This document shows positions 31,833 through 40,935 of a DNA stretch of 64,000 nt, one piece after another. Source of the DNA: Candidatus Bathyarchaeota archaeon (GTDB taxonomy: Archaea; Thermoproteota; Bathyarchaeia; Bathyarchaeales; Bathycorpusculaceae); the NCBI GenBank assembly GCA_963780185.1, contig CAWABA010000006.1:288001-352000 (forward strand), in the 5' to 3' direction. The position numbers were made by a program, and so were the translations under genes. Numbering within the stretch: position 1 is the stretch's first letter; each line of letters opens with the position of its first letter. The notes below the pieces were generated by a model. The model saw only the letters and a list, made by a program, of their open reading frames with translations. It did no database searches and was not told where the DNA came from.

Positions 31833-32618
31833 ATGCGTCAGGTTGACATGGTAAGGCTTGACTTATCTGCGGGAAAAGCGGAGAAGACAAAGGATTTCGT
31901 TGCAGAAGAGGTTCCCCTGCAGATAACGCTAAACGGCGCCTACACGTTTGTGATTTGGTGCAGCCCCAGCCAATTCAAGGAGCTCGCCGTCGGCTACCTG
32001 CTTGCTGAAGACATTTTGCGGGGCGTCGACGAAATCGAGTCCCTAAGCAGCAGCGAAAAAGAAAACCGTTGCCAAATTACTCTAAAGACGACCGTGGATT
32101 TAGATGAGCGCATGAAGCATTCGCGCCGCAGCACCCGCATTATCCCGCTGATTAAAGCCAGCACATCGCCCTACCAGCATGACGAACGAATTCCCGTCGT
32201 GAAGTCGCCGCTGAAAGTGAAGGCACAGGTCATCCTTGACTGCATAGCCCAAATGAACCTCAAAGCCAAGGGCTTCAAAGAAACCGGCGGGCTCCATGAC
32301 TCGGGCATTTTCAAGACAGACGGCACAATGGTGGCTTTCTCCGAGGATGTCGGCAGGCACAACACGGTTGACAAAGTCATCGGCGAAGCGTCCCTGAAAA
32401 AAGAGGATTTCAGTCAGTGCTTCATGATTATTACGGGGCGGGTTCCTGGCGACATGATTTACAAGGCGGCGAAAGTCGGCTTGCCCATCGTGGCGTCGGT
32501 TGCGGCTGTTCTTAACTCGGGAATTTCCTCAGCTGAGAAAGCCAACATCGCGCTGGTGGGCTTTGTTCGCGGAACACGCATGAACGTTTACACGGGTGCA
32601 GAAAGGATAGTTCTGTAG
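31833..32618 (+). CDS. fdhD: FdhD family molybdenum cofactor carrier/sulfurtransferase
   Basis: VAEEVPL, TGGLH, EDVGRHNTVDKVIG, TGRVP, GFVRG. Confidence 0.92.
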   Translation: MRQVDMVRLDLSAGKAEKTKDFVAEEVPLQITLNGAYTFVIWCSPSQFKELAVGYLLAEDILRGVDEIESLSSSEKENRCQITLKTTVDLDERMKHSRRSTRIIPLIKASTSPYQHDERIPVVKSPLKVKAQVILDCIAQMNLKAKGFKETGGLHDSGIFKTDGTMVAFSEDVGRHNTVDKVIGEASLKKEDFSQCFMIITGRVPGDMIYKAAKVGLPIVASVAAVLNSGISSAEKANIALVGFVRGTRMNVYTGAERIVL

Positions 32619-32626
32619 GTGCCCAA

Positions 32627-33898
32627 ATGATTAGACCCGACATTAAGAGACTGCCTAAACGCGGAGACCCGCTGGACGCGCAAAAACAGCTCCTAAAAGC
32701 CGCCTGCAAAGCCAAACTGCATACGGAAGCTGTCCCACTGATGGAAGCCTTAGGCAGAGTCTTGTCGAAAGACGCATTCTCAGACATTAACATTCCAGCT
32801 TACGACAAAACCTTCATAGACGGCTACGCAATCAACCCGCAAAAAACCACAGAAGCCTCCGTTGGCGCACCGGCGGCTTTCAAAGTTGTCGGTAAACTGT
32901 TCCCAGCTGACTACCCGACCGCCGTGAAGGTGGGGCGTGGAGAAGCCGTTTACGTTGCCTGTGGAGCCCCAATCCCAAAAGGTGCGGCTGCAACGGTCAA
33001 AGTGGAGGAAACAAGGCTAAACGGCGACCAAATCCAAGTTCTTCGCCCAATCAAGTCTGGCGAAGGCATCATACCTCTAGGCGACGACCTCAAGAAAGGC
33101 ACTTTAATTCTGCGAAAAGGGCAGGTTCTGAGACCGCAAGACATAGGCTTGCTTGCCTCGGTCGGCATGGCTAAGGTTGAAGTTTTCAAGAAGCCAACAG
33201 TAGCCATTCTCTCTGGAGGAGACGAATTAATCAGGCAAACCCAGAAAAACCCCGAAAAAATCGCCAACAACTACGCGCTCGTAGTCTCGGGTTTGGCTTC
33301 TGAACTTGGCGCGTCAGCTTCCATGCTGGGAATTATGCCTGACTCCATGGATAAGGTGCAAGCCAAAATCGGTGAAGCCTTGACGCAGGCGGACATCGTC
33401 GTCACCATCGGCGGCTCTTCGGTCGGGGTGAAGGATTTTGTTCCAGACGCGGTAAATGCGCTTGGAAAACCCGGCGTTGTTGTGCAGGGCGTCTTGCTGC
33501 GTCCTGGCGCGGTTTCAGGCTTCGGCATCGTAGACGGCAAACCCGTCGTCATGTTGCCTGGGCACATCGGCTCATGCATCGCAGGCTTCTACCTCTTCGC
33601 AGCACCCCTAATCAGCATGTACGCGGGCGCAGAGTCAGCTGGGATGCAGCCGCACGTAACTGCCGAGTTAACTGAAGCGTTGGATTCGGGTCCGCAGTTC
33701 AGGTTCCTGCTTCTTCATCTGACACGCGGCGAAGGCAAGTTCTTGGCGGCGCCAGTTGAAGGCGGTTCAAGCGCGCTGTCAACCATCGTAAAATCAAACG
33801 GCTACACAATCGTTCCGCCGCACACGACGTTGCCGAAAGGCAGCAAAGTTGAAGTGCACTTGTTTGGGAAGCTGGAGTTTTCTGCGCTCGGCTTTTAG
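32627..33898 (+). CDS. moeA: Molybdopterin molybdotransferase
   Basis: DGYA, SGGDEL, TIGGSSVGVKDF, RPG, MLPG. Confidence 0.92.
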   Translation: MIRPDIKRLPKRGDPLDAQKQLLKAACKAKLHTEAVPLMEALGRVLSKDAFSDINIPAYDKTFIDGYAINPQKTTEASVGAPAAFKVVGKLFPADYPTAVKVGRGEAVYVACGAPIPKGAAATVKVEETRLNGDQIQVLRPIKSGEGIIPLGDDLKKGTLILRKGQVLRPQDIGLLASVGMAKVEVFKKPTVAILSGGDELIRQTQKNPEKIANNYALVVSGLASELGASASMLGIMPDSMDKVQAKIGEALTQADIVVTIGGSSVGVKDFVPDAVNALGKPGVVVQGVLLRPGAVSGFGIVDGKPVVMLPGHIGSCIAGFYLFAAPLISMYAGAESAGMQPHVTAELTEALDSGPQFRFLLLHLTRGEGKFLAAPVEGGSSALSTIVKSNGYTIVPPHTTLPKGSKVEVHLFGKLEFSALGF

Positions 33899-34982
33899 GC
33901 TACTTTTGACGGGTAACGGTGGACATGGCTGTGCTTTCCCATAGCCCACGACTCGCACCACGCCTTGTCAGCTAACGCACGCTGAGCCAGCAGCATGCAA
34001 CGGTTCTCCTCAAACAATTCAGCCTCTAACCGATAATCGTCTGCAGCTTTGACAAAAGCGTCTTTGCCGTCAAAATCCACCTCAGCAGCCGCTTGGGGTC
34101 AGATTTTTGTTTGGAAAGTTTCAGCAAAGCTTCTCCTTGGCTTTCCCAACTCACAGCCGCCCAAAAACATGAGCGCGAGGCTTCAAAACTGCTGGCGCAC
34201 GAGGCAAAGGTGCCTGCTGCTTGGGAAAGTTTGTCTTCCTGAGCCATTCTGGCGCCGTCTCGCAAATGCTGCAAATCAGACATTGGAAAACTGCCTAGGT
34301 TCAGTTGCACGTTTTCTTTGACTGGGCCGTGGGCGCGGCGGGTTTGTAGTTGTTTGAGGTCTTCTTTGGAGTTGATGTTGATGAAGCTTCTGAGTTCGGG
34401 GTCAAGCGCCTTGATTTCGTTCACGGTGGAGACGAGCAGGGTTTTGCTGGCGCCTCTTTGGATGTCGTCTGAGCGTGGACGCTTAAGCATGCACAGCGTC
34501 TCGGTGATTTCTAACCCGGCTTTGCGCTCCAGCACTGTGAGCAGGGTTTCAAGGCGTCCGTTGGGCCACATTGGAGTAGCCACCTCAAAACCCTCGGCTT
34601 GCCTAAACAGGTAATCTGCGACTTTAGGCTGCAGAAAAGGCATGTCACAGGGCAAAGTGAGACAATAATCTGCCCCAACCTGCTTGAGCCCCGACATAAT
34701 TGCCACAGTGGGACCGCTGATATCGGCTTTTTCGTCAACCACAACCCGCACGGCTTCAAACCCATGCGCCTTGAGGACTCCAACGTAATTTGCCCCGCGT
34801 TGCCCATCACAAACACTTACCGCAACCTCGTCAACAACCCCCTGCACGTTTTCAACAGCATGAACCAGCAGAGGCTTACCAGAAAGGTTAGCGAGCGCCT
34901 TGTCTTCCCACACGTCTCCGCCTTTAACTTGGAAACGCCGGGCTTTTCCACCCGCCAATATGAGCGCAGCCCGTTTAGTCAA
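33895..34982 (-). CDS. mobA: Molybdenum cofactor guanylyltransferase with C-terminal helical extension (3' frameshift)
   Basis: LILAGGKARRF, DKAL, LPCDMPF, FININS. Confidence 0.88.
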
Positions 34983-34994
34983 GCAGTTTTCTCC

Positions 34995-35570
34995 TTAGTC
35001 CGCGGCTTTTGCGGTGGGTTTTGTTTTGGCGAGGTGGTTTTTGATTAGGTCAACGAGTTTTTGTCCGTCTTCCGGAATTTTGATTATGGGTATGCTGCGG
35101 AACGTTGTGCTGGTTGAGTTTTTGGCTGCGACGCCTGCAATCGCGATGATTGGCTCCACGGTGCCTTCTAGCGTCTGCATGAGTCCTTCTTCGTCTTTGG
35201 CAGTGACGATTTTGGGGACGTCTGCTCTTTTGGCGATTAAGCTGTGGAAGCCTTCGATGAAAACCACATCCAGCTTCTCATGTTCAAGCAACGCGATTAT
35301 TTTGTCGAGGTCGTTGAGCGCCATCTGGGTTTTTTTTATGATGTCTATTTCTTCAGGCGAAATGGCGACGATGACTTTGGCTCCTGCCTTGGCGTAGCGC
35401 CACGTGTTCGTGCCCTCCTTATCCATAGTGAAGCCCATGTGATGAACATGCTTAATCGACCCAACCTGATAGCCCTCCGCTGACAGACGAGAAATCAGGT
35501 ACTCTAACGTAACTGTCTTTCCTGAACCGCTTACCCCAACCGCGGCAACAACTAAAACCGTACAACATCA
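34995..35570 (-). CDS. mobB: Molybdopterin-guanine dinucleotide biosynthesis protein B (start approximate)
   Basis: Upstream frame VGVSGSGKT...IKH; DKEGTNTWRYAKAGA, VFIEGF. Confidence 0.88.
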
Positions 35571-35662
35571 CGCTCCATTTGAAAAAGCTGCCTGCTTGGT
35601 TTTATAAATTGTGCTTGACTTCGCAGTTTTAGGCGCAAACGAAAAAGTACTTCCTCTGAAGT

Positions 35663-36606
35663 TTAGCATACGTATATCTCTGCTACAAACTTAACCCAGT
35701 ATTGCCCCCACTTGTATTCAGGTGTCGGCGCAAAGATTCTGAAAGGTCCGCCTTGACTTGTCGGTAGGTGTTGTCCGTTTTCTTGGTAGCCAAGTAGCAT
35801 TGCTCCGTCTCTAACTTGGGCTAACGTGAAGTTTTGTTCGTAGCCGTCGATGCCGATGAAGCAGACTTTGCTGGCTTGGCTGGAAGCTTTTGCTGCTTGA
35901 AGAATATTTAAGATCGGTATACCCGTCCAGTCTGCGGTCACGTTGGGTGCATCTCCAGGTCTGAATTCTCCGTTCAGCGTTTGTGATTGAAAAGCAGTGA
36001 TGTTTTTCCCAGTAATTACAAGCGGATTCGCTACGTCGCCCGTGACTCGAGACAGTCCACTGGTTACTTTGGATTTTTGCGACTTGCTCAACTTGGAAAT
36101 TGCCTGCAAAGTGTGGCGCGATAAGTTTTACTGGGCCCCCATTTTGACTGGTTATCCATTGACCGTTTTTTATGAATGCAAGCACAATCACATTATAACT
36201 GTAGCTGTAAGGGAAGTAGGTGCTGTTCCATGCTTGAAAAGTGCTTAGGGTTGCCGATTGCCCTTTTGCGCCGATTATGTTTAAGGGTCCAGCATCCCAC
36301 GAAATTCCTGTCTGGTTACAGAACTCGGAGAGCGAAACTCCGCAGTAAGTGGCGTTTTCGCTTTTCACGATTACGTCTGTTAGCGGCATTTTTGATATTT
36401 GGTTTAGCGTCAAAGTTTTTTCTTGGCTGACGTCGCCTGTGACTTCAATTTGCCATTGGGGAATGGCACCCACTGGCAGCGTCAACTCGTTTTTGTTTGA
36501 CTGCGAATTGTTTCCTATTATTTTGCCGTAGTAGAGTGAGGTGAAGGCTGCCTAGGACAATTATTGTGGCTATGGTTATGGTGAGAATTTTTGTTGTTTT
36601 CTTCAT
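35663..36606 (-). CDS. Membrane-anchored protein with two sulfite-oxidase-type molybdopterin-binding domains (frameshifted)
   Basis: MKKTTK plus TM helix; WQIEVTGDV...GGPVKL and WTGIPI...DGY...GYQENG...GGPFRI...WVK. Confidence 0.8.
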
Positions 36607-36650
36607 TTTTTCGCTTCTTGTTTGTTGCTTAGTTCTTTTTTCTTGGCTAA

Positions 36651-36674
36651 CGATATGATTTAATAGTAACATCG
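36651..36674. promoter_or_regulatory. ModE-like operator palindrome 1
   Basis: CGATATGA-TTTAATAG-TAACATCG between divergent genes. Confidence 0.8.
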
Positions 36675-36731
36675 GATTGTTAGTTAATTTCAAACTAAAA
36701 AGCCTACCGCTCCAGCTTGGAAGAAGACAAT

Positions 36732-37777
36732 ATGAAAAATCATGCATTAACCTGTATTTCAGTCTTAGTATTAACCACTTTTTTAGCCGCTTCATTCGCC
36801 GCACCATCAGCCCAACCTGCTTTGCCAACGCAGACGCAAATTCAAGTTTTTCAATAGTCTGGATAACCGACACCCAGTACCTTTCAGAAAGCTACCCCGC
36901 ATACTTTGACAATTTATGCCAATGGATCGTTAACAACAAAGAAACCTACAACGTGCAAATGGTGATTCACACAGGCGACATCGTCAACGACGAAGCAAAC
37001 CAAACAGAATGGGCAAACGCGAACGAGTCAATGAGCATACTCCTAAACAACAATGTTCCCTACTGCTGGGACGCTGGAAACCACGATTACGACGTAACAT
37101 GCTGGATAGGCAACCAGTTTACAGCTTTTAACCCACAAGTAATGCAGTCGAAAACGTACTGGGTCGGCGACGACTTCGACGGCATGAACACAGCAGTTCA
37201 CTTTAACGTTAACGGTTGGGATTGCTTAGTAGTAAACATCGCATACCACGCTAACGATTCAGTGCTGGCTTGGGCGAACAACCTCTTGGACGCCTACCCG
37301 CAATCTCATGTCATCGTGGCAACTCATGCATTCATTAATCAACAGTGCAGTTACGATTCTTGGGCGCTAAACTTCAAAAAAACGGTTCTCGATACCCACC
37401 CCAACGTCTTCTTGACCCTAAACGGCCATTATCATCCTGCCGCGGGAAACCGGACAGAAGTCAACGGTCGCTACGAGTTGCTTTTTAACCAGCAGGATGC
37501 CGACGTCGAAAGGGGTGCTGACACCGCGAGAATTCTAACTTTTAACATCGGAACAGGCACAATAAATGTACAAACTTACAACCAACTCACAAACCAGTTT
37601 CTACAAGACCCAACCAACAACTTCACGTTAACGACCAGCTTTCGCGGCAACTCTGAAGGCGGAGGTGTCCCAGAATTTCCAGCTAATACTTTTCTGGTAA
37701 TTCTTTTGTCAGCTTCTGCCCTTTGCCTGGTTGCTGTAGGTGGGAAGCCGAAATTGAAAATCTTGTCAGAGTCATAG
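36732..37777 (+). CDS. Secreted metallophosphoesterase with PEF-CTERM-like sorting signal
   Basis: ITDTQ, HTGDIV, GNHD, VATH, TLNGHYH; C-terminal VPEFP, TM helix, basic residues; frameshift in signal peptide. Confidence 0.88.
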
Positions 37778-37860
37778 GCTAGACACCGTTAAAGTTTTTG
37801 GCGATTTGTTTGGCTTTCTTGTTTTTTGGTTTTTGAAATGGATGACTGTCAAACTAACCC

Positions 37861-37884
37861 CGATATGATTATATAGTCATATCG
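37861..37884. promoter_or_regulatory. ModE-like operator palindrome 2
   Basis: CGATATGA-TTATATAG-TCATATCG with perfect arms, 29 bp before ATG 37913. Confidence 0.85.
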
Positions 37885-37912
37885 ATAAAATTCGTGCCTG
37901 AAGGAAAATTAA

Positions 37913-39487
37913 ATGACATCTCAACTCAAAAATAGCAAATTTAACAAAAATATCTTAGCAGCCATAATAATTATAATAATCGTCGTCGCATCGGCATCAG
38001 CAGCGGCAGTATACGTTATATCACAAAAGTCGCCAGCCTCTAAAATTACGCTTCCGTCTATGTCTCTTACAGTTAAAGGCGCTGACGATCAACAAAAAGT
38101 CTTAACCCAAACAGACATTGCAGCCATGCAGCCTTATACAGGTAAAGGCGGATTCGAAACCAGCGGCGGATTGATCTCCGAAACAGGCACCTACACTGGC
38201 GTGCAAATAACAGCCTTTTTGAACCTCGTCGGTGGAATGACAAGTTCTCAAACGTTGAACGTGACGGCTTCAGACGGCTACTCAATTCTTTTCACATACA
38301 ATCAAGTCAACGGACAAGACCTCACCACATTCAGCCCAGTAACAGGAAACGCAGCAAATCCAACGCAATCCTTGGCAATGGTCTTAGCCTATTCGGTAAA
38401 CGGAACACTATTCCCCTCGGATCAAGGGCCACTGCGACTTGTTGTCTTGGGTTCCGAAGGTCTTCTAATTCCAGGCCATTACTCAGTAAAAATGGTAACT
38501 GGATTGCAAGTCAAGGGAACCGCTTCACCGACACCCACCCCCACAAGTTCCCCAACAGCTTCTCCTACACCAACAGCATCGCCTACCCCAACAGCCACCC
38601 CCACAGCTACTCCAACCCCAGCTCCATGGAGCATCGTATTTAACGGCACGGCAGCAGTAGCAATGTCTGAAGCAACATTTGCAACTCAAGTTACCCAGAA
38701 CACCACAACTTACAATGACGGCGTAACCAACTGGAGTGGAACGCCTCTGCAGCAGCTTGTAGTGTGGGCTGAAAACAACGGAGTCATAAGCAGCAGCGCC
38801 TTGGCTCAAGGTTACGTTGTTGAAGTTATAGGTTCAGACGGATACACTAAAGCCTTCAATGAAAGCCGCATAGGCGCAAACAACCTCCTAATCGCAAACA
38901 CCGCCAATGGCTCAGCACTCACAGGCAGCAACGCTCCGTTGACGCTCGCAGGCGCAAGCTTAGCCAATAACGAGAAAGTCGGGAAAATTGCCCAAATCCT
39001 AATCCTGCCTATTCAAGATTGCAGTGTAACTGTTGTTGGCGCCAACGGCAATCAGGTGACGTTGTTCTCAAATGACATTGCGTTGATGCCTTCGGTTACT
39101 TACACGGGCGGCTCTTACAAGAGCAGCTCAGGAGTATTCAACAACGGCAGCTATACAGGCGTGACGCTTCAGTCACTTTGCAACTTGGTCGGCGGAGTCA
39201 CGAGCAGTAACAGCATTAAAATCACGGGTTCTGACGGCTACAATGTTACATACACTTATGCTGAAGTTGCAAGCGGAACTGGCTTCTCTACGTTTGATGG
39301 CTCAGGAAACTCGGCGACTCCAACACAGCCACTATACCTCATATTAGCTTACTGGCTCAACGGCGCAAACTTGCCCGATGGAGTAAACGGCAGCGGACCA
39401 TTGAAGACCATGGTAGTCGGCGCAAACGCATTAAACACACCAGGCAACATCGCAGCAAAATACGTTGTCCTACTAACCATAAGCTAA
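37913..39487 (+). CDS. Membrane-anchored surface protein with three molybdopterin-binding-like domains and a Pro/Thr linker
   Basis: N-terminal TM; three repeats of (Y/W)(T/S)G...SDGY...NG...(G/A)PL. Confidence 0.82.
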   Translation: MTSQLKNSKFNKNILAAIIIIIIVVASASAAAVYVISQKSPASKITLPSMSLTVKGADDQQKVLTQTDIAAMQPYTGKGGFETSGGLISETGTYTGVQITAFLNLVGGMTSSQTLNVTASDGYSILFTYNQVNGQDLTTFSPVTGNAANPTQSLAMVLAYSVNGTLFPSDQGPLRLVVLGSEGLLIPGHYSVKMVTGLQVKGTASPTPTPTSSPTASPTPTASPTPTATPTATPTPAPWSIVFNGTAAVAMSEATFATQVTQNTTTYNDGVTNWSGTPLQQLVVWAENNGVISSSALAQGYVVEVIGSDGYTKAFNESRIGANNLLIANTANGSALTGSNAPLTLAGASLANNEKVGKIAQILILPIQDCSVTVVGANGNQVTLFSNDIALMPSVTYTGGSYKSSSGVFNNGSYTGVTLQSLCNLVGGVTSSNSIKITGSDGYNVTYTYAEVASGTGFSTFDGSGNSATPTQPLYLILAYWLNGANLPDGVNGSGPLKTMVVGANALNTPGNIAAKYVVLLTIS

Positions 39488-39626
39488 GACAAAACCGTTA
39501 ATTCAGCTTTTAATCGCTGAAACCACCTTTTTTCTTTATTAAAAAACGACTTAAGCAATTCTACAATTGAGTTTGGCAGAAATCGGGTTCAATGGGTTAA
39601 GTTAAGAAAACGGGGATTAACACTTT

Positions 39627-40130
39627 CTAGCTGACTTTTATTACGGCGACGCCTTTGACCCATCTCTGCGCGTACTGGTCGGTGCCTAAGATGAGTCTGA
39701 GTGGTCCTTCTCCGCCGTTTTTGAGCGGCGTCAAAGGTGAGCCGTTTCTGGCGTAGGCGATAAGGGTGGTTTGGTTCATTGCGTCCTGCATTGAGAGGGT
39801 TTCTCCGTAGCCATCTGACGCTTGAATGAAGACTGAAGTGGCGTTAGACGATGCTTTGGCTTGTTTTAGTAGCGTTGAAAGCAGGACTCCTGTGTAGTTG
39901 TAGGCGCCGTTTTGCGAGGGGTCGCCGCTTGAGATGAGCGTGGCTCGAATAGTTAGTGCCGTTTCTGATTTTATTTGGCTCAGGGTAACGTTCATGGGTT
40001 TTTTTACGTTTCCCGTGATTTCTATCGTTCCGAACTGGGTCGCAGGCGGACGCGTGTAGTAGTACAGCGGTATGGATGCGGCGACTAAGATAATCATGGC
40101 TGCAATGGCAATTTTCGTTGCTTTTTTCAT
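39627..40130 (-). CDS. Membrane-anchored single molybdopterin-binding domain protein
   Basis: IEITGNV, YTGVLLSTLL, ASDGY, AYARNG, GPLRL, WVKGV; no Cys. Confidence 0.85.
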   Translation of the reverse strand: MKKATKIAIAAMIILVAASIPLYYYTRPPATQFGTIEITGNVKKPMNVTLSQIKSETALTIRATLISSGDPSQNGAYNYTGVLLSTLLKQAKASSNATSVFIQASDGYGETLSMQDAMNQTTLIAYARNGSPLTPLKNGGEGPLRLILGTDQYAQRWVKGVAVIKVS

Positions 40131-40738
40131 GTTTTCACCCTGTTAAGATGGTTGTTGCTTTGGTTCAAAGTTGAATTTCCTCCAAAACCGATTTTTCTGA
40201 CTCTGACAAGAAGCATGTTTGCGATGAACCCGCCTACTCCGCCGCTTATCCCTGCAACCACTGCTAAAAACGAAAGTAAAATTAACGGTGAGACAAGGAT
40301 CAACGAGGCAACTAAGACGGTTCCAACGGCGTTGGCAATTGCTGAGGCGCCGATGCAGCAACCCGCGCAGCATGCTTTGTGTCTTGAGAGCAGAAAAAAC
40401 GCGTCTATGGCTAAGCCTGGTCCAAGGTAAATGACGAAAGACAGAAGCCCGAAGTTGCCGAAAGGCATCACTAAACTGATGAAGGCCTGTATAAGCGAAG
40501 TCATCGTTGCAGCCCCAGGTTTGCGCACCAAACCAAACGCCATCACTGGCCACATCATATAGAGTCCGCCTGCAACTGCGCCTGCTGGAATGAAGAATGG
40601 CTCGGTTATGGTGGCGGCGAGGGGGTGAATGATGTTTTTTGTTGCGATTCCTAAGCTTGCAAAAAGCGACATTAGAACAAGGTCAACGGTGGCGATTTTT
40701 AGGTTGGCTCCGTACATGGTTTGGTTTGTTCGTTTCAT
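40127..40738 (-). CDS. ECF transporter S-component (YkoE-like)
   Basis: About six TM helices, GGLYMMW...LVRKPGAA signature; overlaps the next gene by 4 bp. Confidence 0.8.
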   Translation of the reverse strand: MKRTNQTMYGANLKIATVDLVLMSLFASLGIATKNIIHPLAATITEPFFIPAGAVAGGLYMMWPVMAFGLVRKPGAATMTSLIQAFISLVMPFGNFGLLSFVIYLGPGLAIDAFFLLSRHKACCAGCCIGASAIANAVGTVLVASLILVSPLILLSFLAVVAGISGGVGGFIANMLLVRVRKIGFGGNSTLNQSNNHLNRVKT

Positions 40739-40748
40739 TCCCTCGCCC

Positions 40749-40772
40749 CGATGTTACCGTATTGTAACATCG
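40749..40772. promoter_or_regulatory. ModE-like operator palindrome 3
   Basis: CGATGTTA-CCGTATTG-TAACATCG with perfect arms, just upstream of the ECF gene. Confidence 0.85.
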
Positions 40773-40935
40773 ACTGAATTAACGCCTTTCCCTAAAAAAC
40801 TTAGCCGCCGAAACTCCTCAAAATACTTGACGAACCATGAAAAGCCGAGCACAGCTTAAACTTTTATCCCTTAACTCAAATTCGCCTGAAGAACTATGAT
40901 TTTGCCATAGTTTTAAATTAAACCCCACCTTAACC

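Noticed and set aside
38520-38622. Repetitive DNA here and at about 45920..46090
   Set aside because: Encodes ordinary Pro/Thr linkers of surface proteins
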